Origin: Ignavibacteriales bacterium
Lineage (GTDB): Bacteria > Bacillota > Clostridia > Acetivibrionales > UBA4821
NCBI GenBank assembly: GCA_050260055.1
Contig: JBLNBO010000042.1
Span: forward strand, 17,761 to 81,760
DNA: 64,000 bases
Direction of reading: 5' to 3'
Under the pieces are notes generated by a model. That model ran no database searches and was not told where the DNA came from. It was given only the letters and a program-made list of their open reading frames with translations. The translations under genes and the position numbers were made by a program. Positions 40,491-48,967 of this stretch are shown here, one piece after another (position 1 is the first letter of the stretch; the number at the start of each line of letters is the position of its first letter).

Positions 40491-40790
40491 CTATTCAACT
40501 ACTTTGGGGACTTTTATACATCCATTTGCACTCTCCGGTGCATTTCTAATCATATCATCTACATCATAAGATGGTTTCACTTCATCTTTTCTTAAAACAT
40601 TTTTGATATCCAAAATATGTGCTGTAGGTTGTATACCTTCTGTTTCAACCTCGCTAAGCTTGTCCGCAAAATCAATTATTGCAGCTAAGTCTTTTATCAT
40701 TTTTTCTTTTTCTTCTGGCGTTAATTCAAGACGTGCAAGATTGGCAACATGTTCAATCTCTTCAACCGTTAGCTTCATTGCATTTTTCAT
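40491..40790 (-). CDS. gatC: Asp/Glu-tRNA amidotransferase subunit C
   Basis: About 95 aa. LTVEEIEHVANLARLELTPEEKE is the typical GatC N-terminus. Confidence 0.85.
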   Translation of the reverse strand: MKNAMKLTVEEIEHVANLARLELTPEEKEKMIKDLAAIIDFADKLSEVETEGIQPTAHILDIKNVLRKDEVKPSYDVDDMIRNAPESANGCIKVPKVVE

Positions 40791-41040
40791 CCCTTTCTAT
40801 TCTTTTAAGAAAAATTAAATGTAAATTTTCAATTGATTACATATTGAACCCATTTAATTATCGGTGTTCATTATATATTAATATAAATATTTTGGCAATT
40901 GCAAACAATCAATAAGTTTTAAATAATAGGTGAGTTTTTATAGGTCTATATACCTATAAAAATTGGTTCTTGCAGTTTATTAATTATTGCCAGTAATTGT
41001 TATATAATTAAATTAGAAGGATAAAAAAGGAGGAACCTTT

Positions 41041-41454
41041 ATGCATGCTTGTAATTGTGAAAGATGCGGGAAGCTTGTTATGTCGGAAGTAAGCTCCATA
41101 TGCATTGATTGTATAGAAGATGAAGAAAGAGAATTTGATAGAATTAAAGAATATCTTAACGAAAATCCTTTTGCTACTGTTTTTCAAGTATCTGTATCAT
41201 TGAATGTTTCATTTAAGAGTATTAAAAGATATTTAAGGGAAAATAAGTTGGAAATAATAGAAAGAGGCAACCAGAAAAATGAATTTCTAAGATGCCTAAA
41301 ATGCGGAGCGCCGATTCAATGCGGCTGTTATTGTACAAAATGTGCTACAAGTGTACAAACAAACTCTATATCAGAAGAAAGACGTTTGCAGCATAGTTAT
41401 CAAAGTTCTGATTCCAGAAAATCGACTATAGTATGCTCTAGAAAAGCAGTATAA
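41041..41454 (+). CDS. Zinc-ribbon protein (YvyF/TIGR03826-like)
   Basis: Strong RBS AAAGGAGGAA. N-terminal CNCERCG...CIDC and C-terminal CLKCG...CYCTKC zinc ribbons flank a helical segment. Confidence 0.45.
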   Translation: MHACNCERCGKLVMSEVSSICIDCIEDEEREFDRIKEYLNENPFATVFQVSVSLNVSFKSIKRYLRENKLEIIERGNQKNEFLRCLKCGAPIQCGCYCTKCATSVQTNSISEERRLQHSYQSSDSRKSTIVCSRKAV

Positions 41455-41461
41455 TATAGTA

Positions 41462-42118
41462 TTAAGTTATCTCTTTTCTAAACCAGCTTGAAAATAACTT
41501 AGTAAAAAACAAATCATGCTTTTGTTTGATATACAAAAACCCAAAAATTGAAACAACGCCTGCGCCAACAGCATCAACAATTAAATCAACCATTGTATCC
41601 ACCAGCCCATCCTCGCCTGGGTTCCTAAATTTTTGCATATTTAATCCAAATATTCTATCCATTCCGAATTCATAGAACTCCCAAATAACCCCTATGGTTA
41701 ATGCAAAACAAAAGGCAAAAAGAACAATAAAAAACGGGCTTAAATTAACATTTTTGTCATACTGCTGATTTAGCATATATACAAACATAAAGCCAATAAT
41801 ACCTAATATAAATCCCGATGTAGTGTGAAGCATAATATCCCACCACCAGAACCTATCATAGAAACCTCGTAGTTCTCCAAGAAATTGTGCAGCAAATATA
41901 AATACTGTAATTATTATCTGCATCGAAGAAGGCAGATACACTCTAAAACGCTTTTCCAAAACATTAGGGTAAAATGTCAGCATTAAAGTTATTACTAGGA
42001 CAAATAATCCGTCAAATCTTCCCGTGAATAAATATGCAACAATTGCAATTATAAGTATGGCTCTTATTGTCCAGCTTATAATTTCGTTCCATTTCTTTGG
42101 CATCCTGGCTTTTTGCAT
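41462..42118 (-). CDS. Multi-pass membrane protein, function unknown
   Basis: 218-aa ORF with about 6 hydrophobic segments. No catalytic motif recognised. Confidence 0.45.
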   Translation of the reverse strand: MQKARMPKKWNEIISWTIRAILIIAIVAYLFTGRFDGLFVLVITLMLTFYPNVLEKRFRVYLPSSMQIIITVFIFAAQFLGELRGFYDRFWWWDIMLHTTSGFILGIIGFMFVYMLNQQYDKNVNLSPFFIVLFAFCFALTIGVIWEFYEFGMDRIFGLNMQKFRNPGEDGLVDTMVDLIVDAVGAGVVSIFGFLYIKQKHDLFFTKLFSSWFRKEIT

Positions 42119-42220
42119 AACATCACTTCCTTATATGAAGATACCTATAATACTTCCATAATTATAATATATTATATTCACTTACTTATAAAGACTATTA
42201 ATCTTCGCCTATTTTTGTTT

Positions 42221-42709
42221 CTATTCAGAAATAATATTATATATTGTGTCCTTCATATATTTAGCTGCACTTACCGGAGCAACTTTTCCCGGAAGTGATA
42301 ATGCCCATATGGTTTTCAAACCGACTTCTTTCGCTTTTTCAAAGTTTATTCCCCCTGGTTTTGATGCAAGGTCAATTATTAGAGCATCTTTCTTAATGCT
42401 TTCAAGTTCTTTGACATCGAGGATAATATGTGGAACAGTATTAAATATTACATCAAAGTTATTTAAATAGTTTGAAATTTCAGACATTCTTATTGGCAAA
42501 TATCCTGATGTTTCAATCCATGCCAGATCCGAATATTTACGGGCGGCTACTGATACTTTTGCCCCGATGCCTTGGAGCATTTTGGACAATACTTTACCAA
42601 TCCTCCCATAACCGAGAATTAAGATTTTTGAGTTGTGTAATGTTATTGGAAGTTCCTCCATTGCAATTTGTATTGCCCCTTCTGCCGTAGGTATTGCGTT
42701 TTCGATAAA
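42221..42709 (-). pseudogene. dpaA: 3' half of dipicolinate synthase subunit A (dpaA/spoVFA), separated from its 5' half by the inserted element
   Basis: Translation from 42709 down gives FIENAIPTAEGAIQIAMEELPITLHNSKILILGYGRIGK...FNTVPHIILD...IIDLASKPGG...LPGKVAPVSAAKY. This matches the C-terminal ~160 aa of DpaA (about 300 aa in Bacillus subtilis). An in-frame stop lies at 42710-42712, and upstream of it is the recombinase gene, not dpaA. Confidence 0.75.
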
Positions 42710-44268
42710 TCACTATACTCTTCCTCTTGAAAATACACGTCTTTCTCGATATTGCAATTCAAAATAATCTTAAAATGATTACGATTATAGACAACAATTT
42801 TATTTAATAGCTCTTTACAGACTTCCTCACTATAATCCTCTGCCTTTGCAAGTTTACTAATAGTATTTTTTATCCTTTTGCTTAATTCTCTTTTTTCAGC
42901 ATACTTTTCCTTTAGAGCTTTAATTTGTCTCAGATTTTCGTCAAGCTTCTCCAGCCGAACGTTATATTCATCATTCCTATCCTTGAATTCCGATTTTGAA
43001 ATGGTTTCGTCGGAATACAAATCTATTAGCTTTTCTTTCTTCACTTTTATCTTATCAATTTGTGCAGCTATATCTTTTATTTGGTTATTATTATTAGTCT
43101 CTTCAATAACCTTAAAAATTGCCTTTTCAAGATTATTTATTATTTCATCCTTGTTCTTCAACACTTCATTTAATACTGATGTGAAAGCCTGCCTCAATAC
43201 GACTTCATGAATAGATTTTGAACTGCATCCAACCTTATCCCCTGCTTTATTAACCTTCTCAGCACCGTATCTCATGCTTGTTCCGCATTGCCAGACTACC
43301 GTTTCGCAGCCCTTACCATAGTTCCATATCCTTCTTTTGTATTTTCCATCGCATATCCCGCATTCAATCCTTCCAGACCATGCGTATCTATTGGAATACT
43401 TGGTATTTTCTTCTTTATATTTATTTCTTCTCGTAATTTCTTTTTGAACATCTTCAAAGACCTTTTTATCAATTATAGCTTCATGATTTAACTCTTTAGT
43501 TATAAACTCCTCGTTTCCTTTGTTAGTCTTCCTTGAATGCGTAAGGAAATCTGTAGTAAGTTCTTTTCTCTGTTTAAGAGTACCTATATATTTTTCATTT
43601 TTTAGTATTTTAAGAATTGTTGCATTGCTCCACCGTTTAGCTCCTCTTGGTGTTGGTATACCCCTATCCTCAAGCTCTTTACATAATACATGAGTTCCCA
43701 TACCATCTTCATAATACAGTTTAAATATAAGTTGTATTATCTTTGCTTCTTCCTCATTTATATATAGCTTCCCATCCTTGACGTTAAACCCATATATCCT
43801 GTTTCCAAAAACAACCCCTCTTTCCATTGCCCTTTTCTGTCCCCACTTAACCCTTTCAGAAGTCTTTCTGCTTTCTTCCTGGGCAATACTCGCCATAATG
43901 GTTAATCTAAGCTCGCTGTCAGGATCAAGAGTATTTATATTATCGCTCATGAAAATAACAGCTACACCTATTGATTTAAGTTTCCTGGTATAATAAATGC
44001 TGTCTAGCGTGTTTCTGGCAAATCTGCTTATTTCCTTAGTTATTATAATATCAAACTTATTCTTCTCGGCATCTGCAATCATTTGTTTGAATCCGCTTCT
44101 CTTCTTTATGTTTGTCCCGCTAATACCTTCATCTACATATAAGCCAGCAAACTCCCAATCTTCGTTTCTATTTATATACTCCTCAAAATATCTTTTCTGG
44201 CTTTCAAGAGAATTTATTTGATCATCTTTATCAGTCGAAACCCTACAGTAAGCAGCAACTTTTTTCAT
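42643..44268 (-). CDS. Large serine recombinase
   Basis: Resolvase catalytic domain (AAYCRVSTDKDDQ..SLESQ), recombinase domain, Cys-rich zinc ribbon (CGICDGKY...WQCG) and a coiled-coil C-terminus. The ATG at 44268 follows AAGGTGG. Confidence 0.9.
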   Translation of the reverse strand: MKKVAAYCRVSTDKDDQINSLESQKRYFEEYINRNEDWEFAGLYVDEGISGTNIKKRSGFKQMIADAEKNKFDIIITKEISRFARNTLDSIYYTRKLKSIGVAVIFMSDNINTLDPDSELRLTIMASIAQEESRKTSERVKWGQKRAMERGVVFGNRIYGFNVKDGKLYINEEEAKIIQLIFKLYYEDGMGTHVLCKELEDRGIPTPRGAKRWSNATILKILKNEKYIGTLKQRKELTTDFLTHSRKTNKGNEEFITKELNHEAIIDKKVFEDVQKEITRRNKYKEENTKYSNRYAWSGRIECGICDGKYKRRIWNYGKGCETVVWQCGTSMRYGAEKVNKAGDKVGCSSKSIHEVVLRQAFTSVLNEVLKNKDEIINNLEKAIFKVIEETNNNNQIKDIAAQIDKIKVKKEKLIDLYSDETISKSEFKDRNDEYNVRLEKLDENLRQIKALKEKYAEKRELSKRIKNTISKLAKAEDYSEEVCKELLNKIVVYNRNHFKIILNCNIEKDVYFQEEEYSDLSKTQYLRQKGQYKLQWRNFQ

Positions 44269-44333
44269 ATGCACCACCTTAATACCATTTTCTATATTGT
44301 ATTATACTGTTATCTATAATGCAATGTTTTAGG

Positions 44334-44368
44334 AACAAAAAAACTCAATATTATTTAGTATTGAGTTC
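44334..44368 (-). terminator. Intrinsic terminator
   Basis: Minus strand AACTCAATA pairs with TATTGAGTT, followed by TTTTTTG. Confidence 0.7.
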
Positions 44369-44552
44369 AGAAACTATTAGCCGCTTCTTCTATTATAGCT
44401 ATTTCCTTTATTTTATTTTTTGGGGTTAATAATTCTATACATCTATTCATTTGTTCTTCCGAAAGTAGGCTTTGCTTATGTAACTCTCTTATTATTCCAA
44501 TCTGATATCGTAAAATAAAATCTTTATTTTCTTCTTCCATAAGCCTCACCAT
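44367..44552 (-). CDS. Small hypothetical protein (61 aa)
   Basis: ORF only. Helical and charged, with no motif recognised. Confidence 0.35.
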   Translation of the reverse strand: MVRLMEEENKDFILRYQIGIIRELHKQSLLSEEQMNRCIELLTPKNKIKEIAIIEEAANSF

Positions 44553-44609
44553 AATTAGCTTATGAACTTATAAGATTGTCCTATTACTAAAATATTAGGG
44601 TTATCCTTT

Positions 44610-45056
44610 TCAGAATAACCCTTTCTCTTTTAGGCTTGCATAACTTCCACTGTCACCTATAACTATATGATCCAGAACCTTAACTCCTAAGAGCTGCCCT
44701 GCCTCGTTCAAGCTCTTAGTTAGCCCAATATCGTCCTTGCTAGGCTGTACATCACCGCTCGGATGATTATGAAACAGTATTATTGAAGCTGCATTGTTCA
44801 AAAGAGCTTGCTGAAATACCTCTCTTGCTTCAACGACTGTCTGGTTCAGCCCACCAACTGCAATGATATGCAGTCCAGCGATTTTGTTCTTGGTCGTCAG
44901 GGTTATCAACCCGAATTTTTCTACCGGGGAGCTGCTTAGCTCAAACACTTTTTCTATTACATCGCATGCAATTCCAGGAGAGATTACTGATTCCTCCAGA
45001 GAGTAGTTTATACTGCTTTCTTTGACAAGCTTTACTGTGTACCTGTTAATTCTCAT
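44610..45056 (-). CDS. radC: RadC-like JAB/MPN-domain protein
   Basis: JAMM motif HNHPSGDVQPSKDD. The ATG at 45056 (MRINRYTV) follows GGAAAGGGTGA. The longer track ORF (to 45176) reads through the conserved leader repeat. Confidence 0.85.
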   Translation of the reverse strand: MRINRYTVKLVKESSINYSLEESVISPGIACDVIEKVFELSSSPVEKFGLITLTTKNKIAGLHIIAVGGLNQTVVEAREVFQQALLNNAASIILFHNHPSGDVQPSKDDIGLTKSLNEAGQLLGVKVLDHIVIGDSGSYASLKEKGLF

Positions 45057-45225
45057 TACGGTCACCCTTTCCTTTTTGTTGAAAGGGCATAATTTTACGG
45101 AGTGAATTTCAAGTAACCGTGGAATAAATTGAAAAGCACAAGCTTGGTTCTGCTTATGCCGCGAAAGTACTTGCAAATTCTAATGGAGTAAAATTGTACA
45201 ATGAAAAGAGATGGAAAAGGAGCTG
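45057..45225 (-). promoter_or_regulatory. Conserved structured 5' leader, copy 1 (TACAAT -10 box, nested helices, RBS-sequestering hairpin)
   Basis: The block 45087-45225 is ~90% identical to 53623-53759. On the minus strand, outer helix GAATTTGCAAGTA/TACTTGAAATTC encloses hairpin GCATAAGC/GCTTGTGC (G-U pair). CCCTTTC pairs with the GAAAGGG of the RBS. Confidence 0.6.
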
Positions 45226-45335
45226 ATACAAAAACAGATTCCATATAATTTATGTTGAATCTGGTAATGTTTCTTTTTTAATCAACGTTTCTCAGTCAAA
45301 TAGTCTCTGATAACCTTCATATTAAAAACACTTAA

Positions 45336-45497
45336 AACATTTTAATTTTCATTTTAAAAAAGATATTTTTATCTTACTTATCAAAAAGCGGAGCATTTGA
45401 GGATTACCCCTTCGGTTCTGACCCACTTGTTATAAAAATGAGTTTTAAAATGTTTGCACTTATTACAGAGAAAAATAAAAAGATTATATCTCATTAA
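45336..45497 (+). pseudogene. Remnant of an MmcQ/YjbR-family gene (N-terminal ~45 codons, no start codon)
   Basis: The plus-frame translation ..IFLSYLSKSGAFEDYPFGSDPLVIKMSFKMFALITEKNKKIISH* resembles the YjbR N-terminus (..PGA.EDYPFG.D..VFKV.GKMFAL). It is truncated at about one third of normal length. Confidence 0.4.
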
Positions 45498-47369
45498 TTA
45501 GTCCTCCTCGTCATTCAACTTGTGCAATTCTGATTCAGCATCATCTCGAGTTATTTTATAGTATTCCAGCAAAGATAAAATATCAATATCTGTCGTTTTT
45601 AGTGAAAGATCGTTAAAATCATTAGCATGAATAATTTCTTTTGCTGTTTGAAGCTTATCATTGGGCAATGAGTTAAAAGTTTCCCACCATTTATCTGTCA
45701 GGCCATTATCACGATAATAATATCTATAAATAATCATAGCTTCAGGCATATATAAGATTTTTTCAAACTCTTGCTCGTCCCTTCCAAAGGCAGCTTCAAA
45801 AAAGGACTTTCCTCGTCCAATCTTGCCTTTTGTTGAATTAAGAACTGCCTGAACGGATCGGATGAATTTTCTATTCCAATGTTTACCCATAAATGTACGA
45901 TTTCTGAAATACTGCGGGTCCTGTATAGGATGGTATTTCATTGGAAAGGAATAAATTATTACGTCTAACTCTTCGCATAAGTCAATGTTCAATTTTAATC
46001 TTTTGTATAAATCAACTGGTTCCTCGTTGTAGTTGTATAAAAGATAGTTAGACATATTTCTTATACCATATTGGGCTGCTAACCGAACAGCTCTTTCATA
46101 AACATTTCTTAGCTTCCACTCGTCAAATGCAATGCGTAATGGTCTAATTGGGATTTCGGCTAAGCGTGCCATTTTTTCTGGTGTCAGTAATCGTGCATCC
46201 ACACCTTGATTAAAATCCACATATCTTGCTTTTGGAATTACATTATGATATTTTTCAAAAATCGGGGCGAAAAACTCATCTGTATTCAATATTGCAGTTT
46301 TGCTGGCAGTTTCAACAGTTAAAAGTTTATTATTGTATAGGACCTCATAAATTTTAGGCTTCATTTCTTCACTACACCTTTTATAAAGCCATTTATACAG
46401 TTTAACGATACTATTTATGTGTCCACGGTAATTCATCTCCTGATTTCGCAAATCTCGAATTAAGATAGCATAATGATTAGGTTCGATATATGTCGCTCCT
46501 GTATGAAAACCGCAAGCTATTATTTCATCAATAATTTCGTTAAATCTCTCTGAAGCCAAGACATTATTATCTAATAGGAGTAAGTTCCTTTTTTCCCCAT
46601 AATTTTGATTTACATATTCTATTTGTTGTTGAATTCCAATATAATCGTTATACTGAGGCTCAATTTTAGGCACCGCACAAAAAGGGCAGCGGTTTATGCA
46701 CCCCCTTGTCATATAACCATAGTAGCCATTATTTTCTGGGTATATATAATTAATCTCATCCAAAATAGAATAGTCTAAAGGAAGATGATCGATGATAATA
46801 TTGTTATTATCATATTCGCCACCCTTATCTAGTAGTCCAATATGTGATTTAACACCCGTTTCTTTTTCAATTTGCTCTGGCACCAAAGATGCCGCAATTC
46901 CACCAACTTTAACTTGTGATATATCTTTACAAAGTTGTTTGAATGAATTTATTGTATCAATTGTTTTATCCCAGTAAAAAGTAAAAAGGGTTGTTATACA
47001 AATTCTATCCCATTTAGGATTATCCAAGTATTCTTTTTTATAATAATAAGAGCGATAATATTTTAAGTTTTCTGAAACTAAAGTACTACTTGTAAGACCT
47101 GTCAATTTTTTGAATGAAGTTGAAAAACCTTTTCGTATATAATTAATAATATCTGATTTATGTTCTCCCCAACAAACAGTATTATCATTGGCATAAAGTC
47201 GTTCAAGTAATTCTTCATAGATTTCAGTAATAATAAAATCTAAAAATTCCCCTTTAAAAAATCTCACCTCATCTCCAAGTCTTTTATGATATGTAGAAAT
47301 TTTCATGAGACCTATAGGAGGATATTTGTTTTTATAGTTTGGTTCAATTAGAAGTACTCTTCTTGCCAT
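45498..47369 (-). CDS. Radical SAM protein, 623 aa, with N-terminal Rossmann/B12-binding-like domain (defence-operon gene 5)
   Basis: CX3CX2C at C224/C228/C231 (MTRGCINRCPFCAVPK). The N-terminus RVLLIEPNYKNKYPPIGLMKISTYHKRLGDEVRFF resembles class-B-type radical SAM N-domains. Its start overlaps the upstream gene by 26 nt, and it has RBS GAGGAG. Confidence 0.8.
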   Translation of the reverse strand: MARRVLLIEPNYKNKYPPIGLMKISTYHKRLGDEVRFFKGEFLDFIITEIYEELLERLYANDNTVCWGEHKSDIINYIRKGFSTSFKKLTGLTSSTLVSENLKYYRSYYYKKEYLDNPKWDRICITTLFTFYWDKTIDTINSFKQLCKDISQVKVGGIAASLVPEQIEKETGVKSHIGLLDKGGEYDNNNIIIDHLPLDYSILDEINYIYPENNGYYGYMTRGCINRCPFCAVPKIEPQYNDYIGIQQQIEYVNQNYGEKRNLLLLDNNVLASERFNEIIDEIIACGFHTGATYIEPNHYAILIRDLRNQEMNYRGHINSIVKLYKWLYKRCSEEMKPKIYEVLYNNKLLTVETASKTAILNTDEFFAPIFEKYHNVIPKARYVDFNQGVDARLLTPEKMARLAEIPIRPLRIAFDEWKLRNVYERAVRLAAQYGIRNMSNYLLYNYNEEPVDLYKRLKLNIDLCEELDVIIYSFPMKYHPIQDPQYFRNRTFMGKHWNRKFIRSVQAVLNSTKGKIGRGKSFFEAAFGRDEQEFEKILYMPEAMIIYRYYYRDNGLTDKWWETFNSLPNDKLQTAKEIIHANDFNDLSLKTTDIDILSLLEYYKITRDDAESELHKLNDEED

Positions 47370-48957
47370 GTTTTAGCTCCTCTTGTATTTTACTTATCAA
47401 TTCTTCACTTTTGTCTGGAGGTAAATTTTGTATTATTACCTCATAAATTCTTGAAATCAGTTTTTGATGTTCTTTTGCCAAATGCGTTAATTCTTGAGTT
47501 AAAAAAACTTTCTTTTTTGAATGCACAGTAGGTTCATGGTCCTGAATTTCAGGTGTATTTTGTTTTATGTTATTATCAAACCCATTTTCGTTCATGGCTT
47601 TCTTATGTTTATCCTTAATTTTTGAGAAGACAACACGTAAAACATCATTATCTTCTCCTTTCGATTCATATTTCGCTATTTCTTTTAATGATTTCTCCTT
47701 TTCTTCTGCTGCGATTTCTAATGCTTTTTCAAACTTTTGTTGTTCTTTAACGCTAACAAATTTACCTTGTTTTCGTTCGAATTCATCTTGCTTCTTATAA
47801 AAATCAAGTTCCTTTTTAAAAGTATTTTTTACATCATTCGCATAATGATATGTTTTGTACAACTCTTCTTTGAAAAAATATTCAAGTTGGGCTTCTAAAT
47901 CGTTTATAGTTGCATTTTCATTAAAATAGTCCCTGCGAGCATTCGGTGTTAAATCTTTATGAACAGCATGTATTTCACCTACAAAGTACAAGTTACCCCT
48001 ATTTTCTTTAAAAAGAGGGGCTAAGGTACGTTCATTCCCAATTTGTATATTGGCTTGTCTTAAACGAATACCTGCCATTTCGTTAAGTGGAAATGGAATT
48101 TGCTTTTCAAAACGACTAATTCCATACCACATCCATGCAAGCATTTCGCCATTATCCGTAAAAAACTCTTTTATCTTTATAGTATATATTTCATCATACT
48201 TTTCTTTCTGGCTATCGTTAATTTTTTTATACAAAGTAGTAGAATACGGTTTGGAAATGTCTTCACCATTTACATAAATAACATATTCATTACGTGGCAA
48301 CCTCTTGCTATCGATATAGTTAAGAACATCGTGTTTGTAATGAAATTTAGGTCCAAATGGCACCGGAGCATTCATAGCAATATATTTCCTTACCATTTCG
48401 ATAGAAAGCAATTCTGTATTATCTTCACTAATATTAATAAGTTCAACAATAAAGAAATGCTCATTTACATCGCAAGGTTCATATTCATAGCTAATAATAC
48501 GTCTTAATACTTCCGTTGCATCGTCTTTTATAGATTTATCATCTAAGATCCGATTTAATTCTTTAGCATCCCAAGTCATAATAGTCATTGTATCGTCGCC
48601 TACAGCAGTTGTTATAAATCTAAGTTTATCACAATATGCTAATCCACCCAATCTTCCAATACCACGAAAGCCTAATCCTATTTCTTCATTTTTCTCTGAA
48701 TCAGCAACATTTGATAATTTTTCGGGAACTAGCTCACGAGGAATACCTGTTGCATTATCTTTGATATAAATATTCCTTTTTGCAGCATCTATCTTAATAT
48801 CAATGAATAATTCATCATTAAAAGTATTGTTAGCTATTGCTGTGAAAATTTGATATGCAGAATTCTGTATGTATTCACGGTAAATTATTTTTGAATCTTC
48901 ATACATACCTCTAGTCAGATTTTCTAATATTTTCTTGCCGATTTTATTTTCGCTCAT
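47344..48957 (-). CDS. GHKL-superfamily ATPase (Hsp90/MutL/MORC-like Bergerat fold) with coiled-coil C-terminus (defence-operon gene 4)
   Basis: N-box REYIQNSAYQ, motif II IKDNATGIP and motif III GLGFRGIGRLGGLAY. The C-terminus is Lys/Glu-rich and helical. RBS AGGAGG. Confidence 0.75.
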   Translation of the reverse strand: MSENKIGKKILENLTRGMYEDSKIIYREYIQNSAYQIFTAIANNTFNDELFIDIKIDAAKRNIYIKDNATGIPRELVPEKLSNVADSEKNEEIGLGFRGIGRLGGLAYCDKLRFITTAVGDDTMTIMTWDAKELNRILDDKSIKDDATEVLRRIISYEYEPCDVNEHFFIVELINISEDNTELLSIEMVRKYIAMNAPVPFGPKFHYKHDVLNYIDSKRLPRNEYVIYVNGEDISKPYSTTLYKKINDSQKEKYDEIYTIKIKEFFTDNGEMLAWMWYGISRFEKQIPFPLNEMAGIRLRQANIQIGNERTLAPLFKENRGNLYFVGEIHAVHKDLTPNARRDYFNENATINDLEAQLEYFFKEELYKTYHYANDVKNTFKKELDFYKKQDEFERKQGKFVSVKEQQKFEKALEIAAEEKEKSLKEIAKYESKGEDNDVLRVVFSKIKDKHKKAMNENGFDNNIKQNTPEIQDHEPTVHSKKKVFLTQELTHLAKEHQKLISRIYEVIIQNLPPDKSEELISKIQEELKHGKKSTSN

Positions 48958-48967
48958 TACATTCCTC

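Noticed and set aside
40791-41040. T-box or other leader upstream of gatC
   Set aside because: No T-box-like conserved sequence or specifier/antiterminator arrangement is visible. The region is AT-rich promoter-like DNA shared with the divergent zinc-ribbon gene.
45057-45176. Longer RadC ORF starting at 45176
   Set aside because: The extra 40 codons read through the conserved non-coding leader that is duplicated upstream of an unrelated gene. The ATG at 45056 has its own RBS and gives a normal-length JAB-domain protein.
45498-47369. Whether the ICE radical SAM protein is a prokaryotic viperin
   Set aside because: Viperins are about 300 aa with the CX3CX2C near the N-terminus. This protein is 623 aa, with the motif at residues 224-231 behind a Rossmann/B12-like domain, so it belongs to a different radical SAM architecture.
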